DNA of 64,000 bases from Chiloscyllium plagiosum (GCF_004010195.1 NC_057749.1:22664976-22728975); one strand, 5' to 3'. Numbered from the stretch's first letter, positions 1-13,452 are shown. Translations and numbers: made by a program. Notes: a model not told the origin generated them from the sequence alone.

Positions 1-548
1 CAGAGTACTGGGCTAATGTTAAGATTCTTGGCAGTGTAGATGAGCAGAGAGATCTCAGTGTCCATGTGCATAGATCCCTGACAGTTGCCACGCAGATTGA
101 TATTGCCATATTGCCTGATATGGAGGGAAGGTCTTATGAGGAAAGGCTGTGGGACATGAGGCTGTTTTCATTAGAGAAAAGAAGGTTGAGAGGTGACTTA
201 ATTGAGACGTACATGATAATCAGAGAGTTAGATAAGGTAGACAGTGAGAGGCTTTTTCCTCCAATGGTAATGGCTAGCACTAGGGGACATAGCTTTAAAT
301 TGAGGGGTGATACATATAGGACAGATGTCAGAGGTAGTTTCTTTACTCAGATTAGTAGGGGCATGGAAGACACTGCCTGCAACAGTACTAGACTTGCCAA
401 CTTTATGGGCATTTAGATGGTCATTGGATAAACAAATGGATGAAAATGGAATAGTGTAGGATAGATAGACTTCAGATTGGTTCCTCAGGTCGGTGCAACA
501 TGGAGAGCTGCAGGGCCTGTACTGCGCTGAAACGTTCTATGTTCTATG
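1..548 (+). mobile_element. CR1/HER1-type LINE, 3' fragment
   Basis: ORF 66-416 has LFSLEKRRLRGDLIETY and TRGHSFKL, typical of the CR1 ORF2 C-terminus; ends in a (ttctatg)n tail. Confidence 0.9.
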
Positions 549-549
549 T

Positions 550-630
550 CCTGATGCTGCCTGGCTTGCTGTGTTCTTCCAGCCTGTCTAGTTTGGATTC
601 CAGCATCTGCAGTTTTTTTTGTCTCTAACT
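550..630 (+). mobile_element. Penelope-like terminal-repeat tail fragment
   Basis: gatgctgcctggcttgctgtgttcttccagc...ccagcatctgcagt resembles the tail at 49052-49130. Confidence 0.55.
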
Positions 631-1361
631 AACTGAGATTCAAGCAGGCACCCTTGGTTGAAACTGCAGTGACATTCTGAGAGGTCACTGCACTAATACA
701 GGCACTTTAGAAATGCAATCCTTTATCATTTTCGGAAATTAATTGATGCTTCGGAACAGAAAGGATGAGCTTGCGAGCAACCTTTGCCTTTATCCATCTG
801 CTGACTGGCAGATGTCAAAGACAAATAAAAAAAAACCCACCAATGGCAGGACAAACGCCTTGTTCGCAGATGACAGATAACGAGAATGATTCATTGCTCT
901 GATTGGCTGATGGCTGCAAAAATGAACCTGTTTGATGTCGGGTGCTGGAAACTACTGGAAAGCCCTAAAAAGTTTATCGAAGAGTTGGGGGGTTTCCCAA
1001 GTTAGCACCCTGCTCGACATTGCTACGGGTGCCTCGACCTCGTAATGACTCACAGGAGGTGCTAGTTCAGACGTTGAGAGGCTCCATTGACCGATGTTTC
1101 TCTGTTTCCTCTGTTCACCGTGACAGAGATGCACCTGCACAGTACCCAGCACAGGGATACAGGTGACATTGCGGTGGCTTTGTGGCAACCTTGCAGTCTG
1201 GCCCACACAAACATACACGCAATGTTGGCTACCACAAAGTGCATGCATCAAACAGGTGCTCAACGCTGTCTGAATGGAGGGTACAGAAATTGCATTGGTG
1301 ATGCTACAGTCTAACTCGACTCTGACTGAATCAACCCCCTGCACTTTTTGTGAGTTAGGGT

Positions 1362-1787
1362 CACAGAGTCATGGAGATGTACAGCATGGAAACAGACCCT
1401 TCAGTCCGACCCATCCATGTCAATCTGATATCCCAACCCAATCTAGTCCCACCTGTCGGCACCCAGCCCATAATCCTCCAAACCCTTCCTATTCATAAAA
1501 CCATCCAAATGGTTTTCAAATGTTGAAATTGTACCAGCCTCCACCACTTCCTCTGGCAGCTCAATCCATACACGTACCAGGAGCTGTATGAAAAAGTTGC
1601 CCCTTAGGTCTCTTTTATATCTTTCCCCTCTCACCCTAAACCTATGCCCTTTCGTTCTGGACTCCCCCACTCCAAGGAAAAGACTTTGTCTATTTACCCT
1701 ATCCATGCCCCTTATAATTTTGTAGACCTCTATAAGGTCACCCCTCAGCCTCCGACGCTCCAGGGAAAACAGCCCCAGCCTGTTCAA
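1362..1787 (-). mobile_element. CR1/HER1-type LINE 3' end
   Basis: ORF 1443-1787(-): LGLFSLERRRLRGDLIEVYK...WIELPEEVVEAG. Confidence 0.9.
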
Positions 1788-2189
1788 TAATTTGTAATTC
1801 TAATTTCTTGCCTCTAGGATGTCAACTCTTCACTGACTACCAGTGACAAGACATCAATGGTATGTTCTGAAAATTCATTCACATGATGTGGCTGTCGCTG
1901 TCTAGGCCAGCTTTTATTGCCCACCCTTAATTGCCCTGAGGGCAGTTGTGAGTCAACCACATTGCTGTGGGTGTCTGGAGTCACTTGTAGGCACTGGTGG
2001 CATAATCTGTGAATTATTCAGATACATGAGGGCCATTTAAGCGACTCTTGGATAGGCACATGGATGATAGTAAAATGAAGGGCTGTGTTGCTTAGTTTGA
2101 TCTTAGAGTAGGACAAAAGGTCGGCACAACATCCTATGTTCTAATTAGGGCCAGACCATTCAGGAGAGACATTAGGAAACACTCCTACA

Positions 2190-2802
2190 CAGCTCAGTAC
2201 TGCGTCATGGAGCCAGGTTCAGTTCCACCCTTGAATGGCTGACTGTGCAGAGGTTTGCACATTCTCCCCGTGTCTTTTTTAGATTAGATTACTTACAGTG
2301 TGGAAACAGGCCCTTCGGCCCAACAAATCCACACTGCCCCGCCGAAGCGCAACCCACCCATACCCCTACATCTACCCCTTACCTAACACTACGGGCAATT
2401 TAGCATGGCCAATTCACCTGACCTGCACATCTTTGGACTGTGGGAGGAAACCGGAGCACCCGGAGGAAACCCACGCAGACACGGGGAGAATGTGCAAACT
2501 CCACACAGTCAGTCGCCTGAGGCGGGAATTGAACCCGGGTCTCTGGCGCTGAGAGGCAGCAGTGCTAACCACAGTGCCACCATGCCGCCCACAAGAAACC
2601 TGTGTAGGTTTCTTCCCATAGCCTAAAGCTGTGCAGTTTTGGTGCCCATGGCCATAGGAAATTTCCCATAGTGCCCATGGATGTGCAGGTTGGGTGGATT
2701 AGCCATCGGAATAGGGTGGTTCTGGGTGGGATGCTCTTCGGGGGGTCGGTGTGGACTCAGTGGGTCAAATGGCTAGCTTCCACACTGGACAGATTCCGTG
2801 AT
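2190..2802 (+). mobile_element. Older HE1-type SINE interrupted by a younger antisense SINE
   Basis: SINE body stops at ...ctccccgtgtct (about 2275) and resumes near 2600 (gtgtaggtttcttcccatagcctaaag). Confidence 0.7.
2279..2590 (-). mobile_element. HE1-type tRNA-derived SINE, young full-length copy
   Basis: Reverse strand reads GGCGGCATGGTGGCACTGTGGTTAGC (A box), GGTTCAATTCC (B box), CR1-like 3' end and (taatc)n tail; near-identical to 36586-36882 and 41795-42113. Confidence 0.9.
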
Positions 2803-2974
2803 ACACATCAAGGGTGGTAGATGTTTGCAACTCTCTTTCATAAATGACACTGGATGCTTAATCAGTTGTTAATTTTAAATCTAAGATAGTTAATTTTTTG
2901 TTAAGCAACTATATTAAGGGGTTTGGGCCAAAGGCCAAAGAGACAAAGAATAGCATAAAACCAAAAGAGAGAAT

Positions 2975-3260
2975 TATCGAATCCTGAGAGTTTGCAAACT
3001 GGCCTTCAACTTATCAAGTCCACACTAAACCTCTGAAGAGCTTTCCATCCAGATCTGCCCTATCCCTGTTACCCTGCACTTCCCATGGCCAATCCAATTA
3101 ACCTACACATCTGTGGGAGGAAACTGGAGCATCCAGACGGAACCCACACGGACACAGGGAGCACATGCAAACTACATACAGTCACCTGAGGCTAGAATCG
3201 AACAGTGAACTCTGGCCCTATGAGGCAGCAGTGCTAACCACTGAGCCACCATGTCACCCT
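2975..3260 (-). mobile_element. HE1-type SINE
   Basis: Same family motifs (gaggcagcagtgctaaccactgagccacc). Confidence 0.8.
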
Positions 3261-3289
3261 TTGCAAGACAAAGGGCTTACAAAAGTTCA

Positions 3290-4990
3290 AACTGCAGCAC
3301 ATATCCTGCTGAATGAGAAAGGTAGAACGGTCAGCAAAGGGCTGCTGAGCAGATAACAAGAACTACTACAAGGGATGATGAAAGGAAACTTGCAAAGGAC
3401 ATCAAAATCAATAACAAGAAATGTTACAGTTACATAAGGGGAAAGGAGCTAGTCAGAAGCCTACAATGGAGAGACAGTGGAGATATTTTCAATGACTATC
3501 GGGGAAAAGGCAGATTTGGTGAATAGTCTCGATATTAGTAAAGGAAGATGGCTTGCCAAAAGTCCTGAGGAAATTAATGGTGGATCGGAAACAGGGACTG
3601 AATTAAATTATCATTAAGTAAAACATTGGTGAGGAGGAAATGAATGGAATTAAAGAGTAACAAATCTCCAGAACCTGATAGTTTCCATCCAAGTGTGTTA
3701 AAGAAAATAGGGGTGTCCACTGTAAACACCTGAACTACTATCCAGAGATCGATATATACAGAAGTTGTCCCTCTGGATAGGAATCTTGCACATGTCCCTT
3801 TGCTTTTTAAGAATGGTAGAAGAGGAAAACCACGGAATTACAGACCAGTTAGCCGAACATCTGTCTATAATCAAGGATGGGATAACTGAACACCTTGAAC
3901 ATTTTCAGTTAATCATGGAGAGCAAGCATGGACTTAGGACAGATAAGCTATGTCTGACAAATCTCGTCAAATCTATTTGAAGAGGTAACGGAGTAGTGGA
4001 CAGGGGAGTATGTATGAATGTTGTTTATATGGACTTCCAGAAAGCATTGGATAAAGAGACTGTTAACTGAGGTACAGGCCAGTGGAATTGAGGGCAAATT
4101 CCTATCACAGTTGAGAAATTGGCCAAGTGGCAGGTAACAGAATAATAGGGATAATAGGTATGTACTCAAACCGCCAGGATGTGACCAATGGTGCTCCACA
4201 AGTTCTCTGTTCGGGCCGCAATTATTGTCATTATTTACTCATGACTTGAATAATGGGGTAGAAAGTCATGTGCCCAAATCTGCTGAGGACACAAGGTTAG
4301 GCAGCATCGTAGACAGTGTAGACAATAACTTAAGATTACAAAAGGATATTGATAGACAGAGTGAAAATGGGATCAATGTTTATGGGGAGAATGCAGGGGT
4401 AGGCTATTGAGTTGGACAATAATGGTGATGAATGGTGGTTCAAGCTCGAGGGGTCAAATGGCCTCCTCCTGCTCCCATCTTCTATGTTTCTATGTGAAAG
4501 GGTAAAACTGTGGCAAATGGAGTTCAATGTAAGCAAGAATGAGGTTATCCATTTTGGACTGAGAAAGAATAGATCAGGGTGCTTTCTACATGGCATGAAG
4601 TTAAATACATGGATGTCCAAAGAGACTTGGCTGCCTAGATCTTTAAAATGCCACCAATGAGGGTGCGGAAAATAATCAAGAAAGCTAATGGAATGCTGTT
4701 ATATCCAGATGACTGGAATATAAGGATGCACAAGTTATGCTGTTGTTACCCTGACTAGACCCCACTTGGAGCACTGAAAGCAAATTTGGGCACCACGTCT
4801 TAGGGAGGATATATTGGACTTTGTGGGTTACAAGAAATATACCTGAATTTCAGGAGTTAACTTATAAGAAGACATTAGACAAAATATGCATTTCTCTAGG
4901 ATTTAGGAGGTTAAAGGGTGATCTGGTTGAAGTCATCAAAATATTGACAGGAAAAGACTGTGCATCGAAGGATACATGTTATCAAATGTA
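3290..4990 (+). mobile_element. Degraded CR1 ORF2 (RT region) with a short nested LINE 3' end at about 4367-4495
   Basis: Broken motifs SPEPDSFHP, SKHG...CLTNL, KSAEDTRLG (degenerate FADDTKLG), WQMEFNVSK, RRLKGDL. Confidence 0.85.
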
Positions 4991-5029
4991 CAATATTTCA
5001 CCGCAGCAACTTACAGAAATAATAAAACC

Positions 5030-5268
5030 CCAAGCAGGCCATTCAGTTCGCATCAAGCCTCCAAATTGCTTCCTACCCTATCCCATCCAGCCTACACATC
5101 CCTGGGCTCTATATACAATTTACTATGGCCAATGTTTCGACTGCGGGAGGAAACCAGAGCACCCGGAGGGGTCCCATGCAGATACAGGGAGAACATGCAA
5201 ACCCCACCCAGAATTGAACCTGGATCCCTGAGGCAGCAGTGCTAACCACTGAGCCACCATGCCATCCC
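5030..5268 (-). mobile_element. HE1-type SINE
   Basis: Family motifs on the minus strand. Confidence 0.8.
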
Positions 5269-5339
5269 GAAAGGCTCCTCCAACAGCATCTTCCAAACGT
5301 TCCCCTGCCTGTAAGAGTACAGATCAGGACATAACAATG

Positions 5340-5722
5340 GAAACAACAAAGACAAAACTAAATGCTCTGTACCTAGATGTGCACAGCATTCATACCAAGA
5401 TAAACAAATTAACAGACTAAGTAAATAAATATGATAGTCTTTCCAGAGGCATGGCTACAGGATGACAGGAGTAGGTACAGATAATTGAGGGATGTATGAC
5501 ATTGAAGAAGAACATGCTCTACAAAAGGTGGAGGGTAGTGCTGTTAATCAAAGCTGGCAGTAGTGGAATAGTTCAAGATGATCTTGGTTCTGGACATCAG
5601 GATGAAGAATTAATTTAAGTGGAGATGAGGAATTGTACAAGAGAGGAATCACTAGTGGAAGTCATTTACAGGCCATTGAGCGTTAACCAAAATGTAGGAT
5701 GGAATATACAAGAAAACATACT
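5340..5722 (+). mobile_element. Degraded CR1 APE-endonuclease fragment
   Basis: Resembles the 25500-25880 region (LNALYL..., GGGVVLLIK, W/SVEMRN, VIYRP-like motifs). Confidence 0.6.
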
Positions 5723-5734
5723 TCTTTAAAATTC

Positions 5735-6035
5735 ATTTACAGGACTAGCCAAGCCAGCATTTATTGCCCATCCCTAATTGCCCAGAGGGCAGTTCAGAGT
5801 CAACCACATTGATGTGAGTCTGGACTCATTTTTAGGCCTTCCCTGAAGGACATTAGCAAACCAGATGGGGTTTTCCAAAAATTGGCAGTGGGTTCATGGT
5901 CATCATTAGACTCTTAACTCCAGATTTTGTTTTGGATTGAATTCAAATTCCACCATCTGCTGTGGCAGGATTTGAACCCAGGTCCTCAGAACATTCCGTG
6001 GGGCTCTGGATTAATAGTCAAGAGATGGCAATAAT
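5735..6035 (-). mobile_element. Second tRNA-derived SINE family (further copies at about 1880-1995-, 14645-14925-, 19255-19495-, 45790-46070-)
   Basis: Shared core gccagcatttattgcccatccctaattgcccagagggcagtt...gaattcaaattccaccatctgc; tRNA-like B box on the reverse strand. Confidence 0.8.
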
Positions 6036-6807
6036 CAAAGGTGACTATAAACTGTAAGCATCATACCTGCAGCCTGCATGAGGCCTTGACAGACTGCTTT
6101 CAAGATTCTTTCATTGATCCTGCTGGAATATTCTATTGTTTGTTTATCATGTATTGGCTCTGCCTGGCTATCAATTCTTCCACAGTATTTCACCTTTTGC
6201 CCCATTCTTTCATTGTTTTCAAAGTTCAGGCATTTCTCTGATTTGGATTTGCGTGACTTCTCACGCAACCCCCCCCCCTCCCCCCATTCACAAGCAGAAC
6301 CTTTCAATTAGCGACTCCTGACACTCCCACACACTCACAAGAAGGCCACTGCATCAGAGACTGGTCCATCAAAAGTGCCATTTGGCCGAAGAAATCGTTA
6401 TCTCTGCTGCTGTGTGTTCGTATCATGTTCAATGGAAGAATCATGAGTTAGAGAGGGTATCAATGTTTGACTAAACACACAAACAAATTAATTTTTAATA
6501 GCTGTAAAGGGTCACGTTGAGTGATCCCGGAATCTGCATTCCAACCTGCTCACACAGAGACAAACTAAGCAAGTCATTTGACCAAGAGGCAGAGACCATG
6601 AAAGTACAGCAAACCTGTGACCATGTTCTTACAGCATCTTCAGTGTTGAACTCAAAAATGAGATGCTGCTTGTGTTTCATTGACAGCAGAGAAAGGAAAA
6701 TAGATTTTTTGGATATCATGTTTAAACACGCATACTCACCACCCCCCTTCATCTAGAGTAACTGAGCCATTTGTACAAAATAGCAGCACGCACCATTAGC
6801 CTCATTG

Positions 6808-7427
6808 TTATATTGCTTTTATTGTTCAGTGCGTTGAGTATAGGAGTTGGGAGGTCATGTTGCAGCTATACAGGCACTAATGGAATATTGTGTTCAATTC
6901 TGGTCTCCTTCCTATCGGAAAGATGTAAAACATGAAAGGGTTCAGAAAAAGCTTTGCAAGGATGTTGCCAGGGTTGGGGGATTTGAGCTATAGGGAGAGG
7001 CTGAAGAGGCTGGGGCTGTTTTCCCTGGAGCATCAGACACTGAGGGGTGACTTTATAGAGGTTTATAAAATCATGAGGGACACAGATAGGGTAAATAGTT
7101 AAGGTCCTTTCCTAAGGGTAGGGGAGACCAAAAATAGAGGGCATAAGTTTAAGGTGAGAGGGGAAAGATTTAAAAGGGACTGAAGTGGCAACTTTTTCAT
7201 GCAGAGGGTGGTGCGTGTAAGGAATTAGCTGCCAGAGGAAGTGGTGGAGAATGGTACAATTACAGCATTTAAAAGGCATCTGGATGGGTATATGAATAGG
7301 AAGGGTTTGGAGGGATATGAGCAAAATGCTGGCAAATGGGACTGGATTAATTAAAGATATCTGGTCAGCATGGATGAGTTGGACCGAAGGGCACGTTTCC
7401 ATGCTGTATATCTTGATGAGTCTATGA
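6808..7427 (+). mobile_element. CR1/HER1-type LINE 3' fragment
   Basis: Highly similar to 58565-59244 and to the reverse complement of 1362-1787. Confidence 0.9.
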
Positions 7428-7866
7428 CAGAAAATTCTGACTATGTTCCTCCCCTTACTCACTCTTAGTACTGTCTGAATCGATTGGCTTCTCATATGGA
7501 ACCTGTGGGTTTTTTTTTCCAAGTGATTCATTTGAAGAAAGTTGGGCTGTGTTAGTTAATTGCAGAGCTTCACCAGGCAATGATGTGAGGACCTGGGAAC
7601 GTTAGCTACAGAATGACTGATGCTAACTACTTTCAGTTGCCAACTCTCATACATGGTATATTTACTTTGTTGCTCTCGGTTAATCTCATTCTGTGCCTGA
7701 TCTTCAGTCCTTGCAAATTTTCAAACTCCTGATCTCTAAAACTGGCTTTCTCTGATACTGCAAAGCTCAGTTTTAGAATGAGCTGCGTTTCTCACTAATA
7801 TTTCATCAGTTTCACCTCCTTCTTTTATTGACTGGCCCGTGCGTGAGAACTATTGTCCATATTTCA

Positions 7867-8165
7867 TATGGCTCAGTGGTTAGCACTGCTGCCTCCCAGA
7901 ACCAGGGACCTGGGTTTGATTCCACCCTCTGGCGACTGTCTGTGTGGAGTTTGCACATTCTTTCCTGTGTCTGTGTGGGTTTCCTCTGGGTGCTCTGGTT
8001 CCCTCCTACAGTCCAAAGGTGTGTGGGTTGGCCGTGCTAAATTGCCCATCGTGTGCAGGCTAACTGGATTAGTGATGGGAAGTACAGGGGTTGTCATGGT
8101 GGGATGCTCTTCAGGGGGTTGGTGTAGACTAGATGCGCCTGCTTCCACACTGTGGGGATTATATG
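7867..8165 (+). mobile_element. HE1-type SINE
   Basis: tggctcagtggttagcactgctgcctc...gggtttgattcc. Confidence 0.85.
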
Positions 8166-8849
8166 ATATTTTGCTCAAATCATGAGCAGTAATACATTTA
8201 ATCTCAAAATGGAACTAAAACAATGTTTTATCTCTTTATTCACAAGGAACTGTTGTCTGTTCAGTTGAAAGTCGAAAGGCAAGATTTTGGCGATGGGGGG
8301 CAAAGGAGGGGATGTTCTCTATCTGGTGAAATGTTTTCTCAACCTCTGACACAGTGGTCAAAAACAATTCACTTAAATCAAGTGGTTTCTGCTAAGCAGA
8401 AATCCCAGTTGATGTTCCACGTAGTCCTGCTATCTATAAAAGTTGTGTGGGTGTGCGTGTTGTGGCTAGTACAGAATCTGACCTTCATCTCCCAGCCCTT
8501 GGCTCAGCCCAGTGCAGAGCAGTACAGTTGACCATCAGCCGCTATGGAAACCTATTTCAGATATACTACCTTGGGCTCAAGCAGTGAGTTCATAAAGAGC
8601 TCCAAGAATGTGATATGTACATGTCCCCCTTTTCAGCATTTAGTCTTTAATATGGAGCTGCAGATCAACAGGGGCTGTTTCTCAAATGAAAATTTGACAG
8701 ACAATTGCTGGCAAAATATTAAGCTGGATCATCTTACTAATTTTTCTACTCTTTACATGTCACAATATGTTGGGTTCCCACTGTTTCTTATTCCATACCT
8801 GAAATCTAACTTCATGTTCGAAAGATGCAAATGATCTTGTATTGAAATC

Positions 8850-9210
8850 AGGTCAGGACTTATTCACTTAATGGTAGGGTTCTGGGGAGTGTTGTCAAAC
8901 AAAGAGACCTTAGGGTGCAGGTTCATAGCTCTTTGAAGGTGGAGTCACAGATAGACAGGGTGGTGAAGAAGGCTTTAGGTATAAGCTTGCCTTTATTGAT
9001 CATTGAGTGTAGGCATTGGGAGGTCATGCTGCAGCTGTGCAGGGCATTGGTTCGGCCACGTTTGGAAATACTGCATTCAGTTCTGGTCTCCCTGCTGCAG
9101 GAAAATTGTTGTGAAACTTGGAAGGGTGCAAAAAAGATTTACAAGGATGTTGCCAGGGTTGGAGGGCTTGAGCTATAGGGAGAGGCAGTGTAAGTCAGGG
9201 CTGTTTTCCC
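8850..9210 (+). mobile_element. CR1 ORF2 fragment
   Basis: QVHSSLKVESQIDRVVKKA; YCIQFWSP...VQKRFTRMLPGL. Confidence 0.85.
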
Positions 9211-9305
9211 ATATCTTCCATATCCTTTTCCACATTAAATACTGATGCAAAATATTCATTACTCTTCCTTATAGCAGTAAAGGACATGCTTGTCAACTGC
9301 TTTCA

Positions 9306-9630
9306 GGGGCAGCGCAGTGGCTAGCACTACTACCTCATAGCGCCAGGGACCTGGGTTCAATTCCAGCCTTGGGCGACTGTCTGTGTGGAGTTTTCACACT
9401 CTCCCTGTGTCTGCAGGGGTTTCCTCCCACAATCCAAAGATGTGCAGGTTAGGGTGAATTGGCCATGCTAAATTGCCCATAGTGTTCATGGATGTGTAGG
9501 CGAGATGCATTAGTTAGGGGAAACGTAGAGTAATAGGATAGGGGAATGGGTCTGGATGGGATACCCTTCCAAGGGTTGGTGTGGACTTGTTGGGCCAAAT
9601 GGCCTGTTTTCACACAATAGGGATTCTATG
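9306..9630 (+). mobile_element. HE1-type SINE
   Basis: Family motifs; ends ggattctatga. Confidence 0.85.
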
Positions 9631-10526
9631 ACTTCCTTTGTTTCATGACAGGGATGGTGTTGGCATTTGCGTAAGGTTTGAAGGAGAGGGATGACGGTTT
9701 CTGAATCCGTCTCGGAAAACGTCACCTCGTGCACACTGAGGTTCACAATGCTGCCAGAGACTGCGAACTGTGACTATTTCTCAACAGAACCAGCAGCTGA
9801 AGACCAGAGGGGGACAATGCAGAGAAGTAAATCAATCAGCAGTTGAAAGCTCAGGGTCATGCTTGTGAACAGAACAAAGGTGTACCACAGAAAGGTCAAC
9901 CAGGCTATGTTTGATCTCCCCGGTGCAAAGCCGACCACACTGTTGAGCAACAAATAGAATATAGCAAATTGACAAAAATACAAGCAAGCCATTGTTACCC
10001 TTGAAGAAGTGGTTAACTCCTTGGAAGCTGTGAACAGAAGAGATCAAAGGGCAATGGTTGTATTTACCACGCTTGCTGAGAGAAAGGCATTATGGGAAAG
10101 GGTCAAAGTGTTGTAGCAGAGCAGACAAGGATACCATTATGGGAATGGTTCCTTTGGATGCTCAAGCTGGAGATGAGGGAAAGACGTGCTTGATGAATGC
10201 GTCATGCAGGAGATGGAAGGAATGTTGGCAGCTTTTCAATCTAAGTCAGAGGAATCGGGCTCCAAACAAATTGACAAAACATCTGTAAACAATATGCCAG
10301 GCAGAACAAGCATTGTCACGGTTCACCATCTCCTCCAGTACTTAATCTTCTGTCAGCCGGCTGATGTGTTTGAAAACTGAAATTTGTAATCTTCCCGGAA
10401 TGTTGTACAATCAACAGCTAATGTTTGATCATGACCTTACCTGTCCACTGTGTAAGATAATAAGATTTCATTCTCAGTGTGAGCCATTCAGGCTAAATCA
10501 AATTGTGAAATTTATTTGAATGAATT

Positions 10527-10711
10527 CACACACACACACGCACACACACTAAACTCACATAGGTAAACACACCAACACACTAAACACACATAGATAAACA
10601 CACACACATCACACATACATACACATGTATACACAAACACAGACACACATACACACACATATGTAAATACATATAAACACATACATGGGCACACGCCACA
10701 CACACAAACAC
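10527..10711. repeat. Degenerate (CA)n microsatellite
   Basis: Directly visible CA/TA-rich run. Confidence 0.9.
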
Positions 10712-11111
10712 TAAGGATAGAATCAATTTACAGTGAATTTACAGTGCACCTATCCTGCTGTTTATGCTCCATATGTACTGACAGATAGTATAGTAATGTT
10801 TAATTGAATGCCTGCAGCTTCTGAACTGGCAGACGTTAAACAGATAATAACCCATCAGTTAGAGGAATGCATGTTGAGTCTCAGGGGTTTTCCAGAGACA
10901 GTATATTTGCATATCGATTGGTAAAGTCCTGCCAGACATTAACCACAGGAGCACAATGGAAAATCAGTGGCCGTAAAATGATTGCAAGTACATCAGTGAG
11001 AACATCTCAATCCTTTCTCATATTACTCATCTGGGAGTCTTTCAAAACCAATCCTGAGTCTGCAGTGGGGGTAGGGGGAACAGATGTGTTGATTGAGAAG
11101 ACTTCTTCATT

Positions 11112-11388
11112 GAATCATCGAATCCCTACAGTGTGGAAACAGGCCATTCAGCCCAATGGTCCACACCGACTCTCCAAAGAGTATCCCACCCAGACCCATT
11201 CCCCTACCCTATTACTTTACATTTCCCCTGACTTAATGCACCTAACAGACACATCCCTGAACACGATGGGCAATTTAGCATTGCCAATCCACCCTAACCT
11301 GCACATCTTTGGACTGTGGGAGGAAACCAGAGCACCCAGAGGGAACCCACACCGACACGGGGAGAATGTGCAACCTTCATACAGACAA
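11112..11388 (-). mobile_element. HE1-type SINE, 5'-truncated
   Basis: Family motifs on the minus strand. Confidence 0.85.
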
Positions 11389-13261
11389 GATTCTGCTCAA
11401 TCGTGTTGCCAAACAAAATATGGCACTGAGATGTCGAAGAGGATAATGGGATAAGCGACCAAAGGATTGGTGGAAGTAGTAGCTTTAACAACTGTCTTCC
11501 CTCAGGAGAGAAAGGCGGAGAGTATATAAGGCAGGAAATTCCAATGCTTCAGGCTTTACTAGCTTATTCTTTCATGGGTTGTTGGCAATGCTAGCTAGAC
11601 CTGCATTTGTTGCCAATCCTGGCCTTGGGAAGTTGGCAGGGAGGCATTAATATGATTATGGCTGATCTGTTTGTGTTTCAGATTCCACATTTCCATTCAT
11701 CACCACTCCTGCCCCCAACCCCATTCATTTCCCTGCCTAACGAGAATCTATCCACTTCCATCGTGCAAACGGTCAATGTCTCATCTTCGAGAACCCGCTG
11801 AGGCAGAGAATTTCAAAGTTGCACAAGAATCAGAGAAAAGACATTCTCCTCCTGTCTGTCCTAAGAGGGTGCCCCTGAAACCTAACAGGGGGTCTGGGCT
11901 CACCCAAGACAGGAAACATCATTTCGCTATCCACCTTGTCAAAACCATTCAGGGTCAAACACACTCTTCAGTCACATCAGCTCTCACTGTTTCTAACCCC
12001 AGTGGAAACAAGTCCAAGCACTCTGCATGAGACAATCCACTCATTCCGGGTATCAATCTCATTAACCTCCTCAATATATTAACCTCCTTCTTTTAATAAG
12101 GATACCAAAACCGCACATAGTATTCCAGCTGCGTACTCATAGAATCAACACAGTGTAGAAGCAGGTCAGTGAGGTCCACAGTGACTTCCAGAAGAGCATC
12201 CCCCTCAGACTCACCTCCCTGTAGTCCCCATGTTTAATCCATCTAGCCTGAACACTATGGACAATTTAGCATGGCCGATTCACCTAATCTGCACCAGGTG
12301 GAAGCCCACACAGACACTGGGGGAACGTGCAAACTGGAATTGAACCCGGGTTCCTGGCACTATGAGGCAGCATTGCTAACCATTGAGCCACTGTGCCACT
12401 TACCACTGTCCTGCATGACTTCAGCATTACACATTAACTTGTGTGTCCAATTCCTCTCATCATATAGGATGAGATTCATTTGCCTTCTTAATTACTTGCT
12501 GCATCTGCATTGTGACTCATGCTTTAGAATACGTAGATCACTCTAAAACTCAGAAAGTTGTCATTCTCTGTTTAATAATATATTGCTCTTTATTCTTCTT
12601 GACAAAGCAAAATAATTGACATTTTCCTATATTACACTCCATCTGCCAAATCTCTGGCCATTTATCCAACCTGCCTCTAACTGTCTGAAACCTCTTTAAA
12701 TCCTCTTCACAATGTACTTTCCAGCCTCTCTTTGTTTCATTTGCAAATGTAACTATCATGCCTTCCCTGCCCTCATCTGAGTCACTGATAAACAATTTGA
12801 AAAGTTAAGGTCCCAGCAGAGACCCGTGCAAGACAACACTTGCCACATTCTGTCAATCAGGAAACTTTCCATTTTTGTAAACGCTCCAGAAAATTGATGC
12901 ATCCACTACCTCTTTAGTCACCTCTTGTATGACGTGGGACAATGTCCATCAGGACCCATCAGTTTGCTCCCTCCTGCTTTTCTAGTGACCATAATTTCAA
13001 CAAATTTCTCTTTTCCTTCCACTTGCTGATTTACAGCGATTACCCGAATCATCTTGCATTTCTTACTGTAAAAAAAGAAGCAAAATATTTGTTCACTTTC
13101 TTACTGTCCACTTCCTTACTGTCTACCGTTAACTCCCCATTCTCACTCTCTAGTAACCCAAAAATTATTTTATTTACTTTTTTTCTTTTCAGATGCCTGT
13201 AGAAACTCTTGCTATCTATTTTTTATATCTCTAGCTAGCTTTCTTGTATACTCTAATTACT

Positions 13262-13452
13262 TTTCCCGATTAAGTTAAAAAAGGTCACACAACACCAGGT
13301 TATAGCCCAACAGGTTTATTTGGAAATACAAGCTTTCAGAGCACTGCTGCTGTGTCAGATAGCTAGTGGGGCAGGATCATAGGTGTGTGTGATTTTTAAC
13401 TTTGCCCACTCCAGTCCAGCACCACCACCTCCACATCATTTCTCCCAATTAA
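13262..13452. mobile_element. Palindromic PLE-derived mini-element, family B, degraded
   Basis: agttaaaa..tcacac ... gtgtgatttttaact inverted ends; TSD tttcccgattaa (13262-13273) / tctcccaattaa (13441-13452). Confidence 0.75.

Noticed and set aside
952..1344. 130-aa minus-strand ORF as a CDS
   Set aside because: Non-ATG start, no recognisable domain or splice context
2298..2626. Recurring ORFs such as CGRKPEHPEETHADTGR as a gene family
   Set aside because: They are translations of HE1-type SINE copies
10867..11454. 195-aa ORF as a host gene
   Set aside because: Non-recognisable N-terminus; the second half is an antisense HE1 SINE read-through
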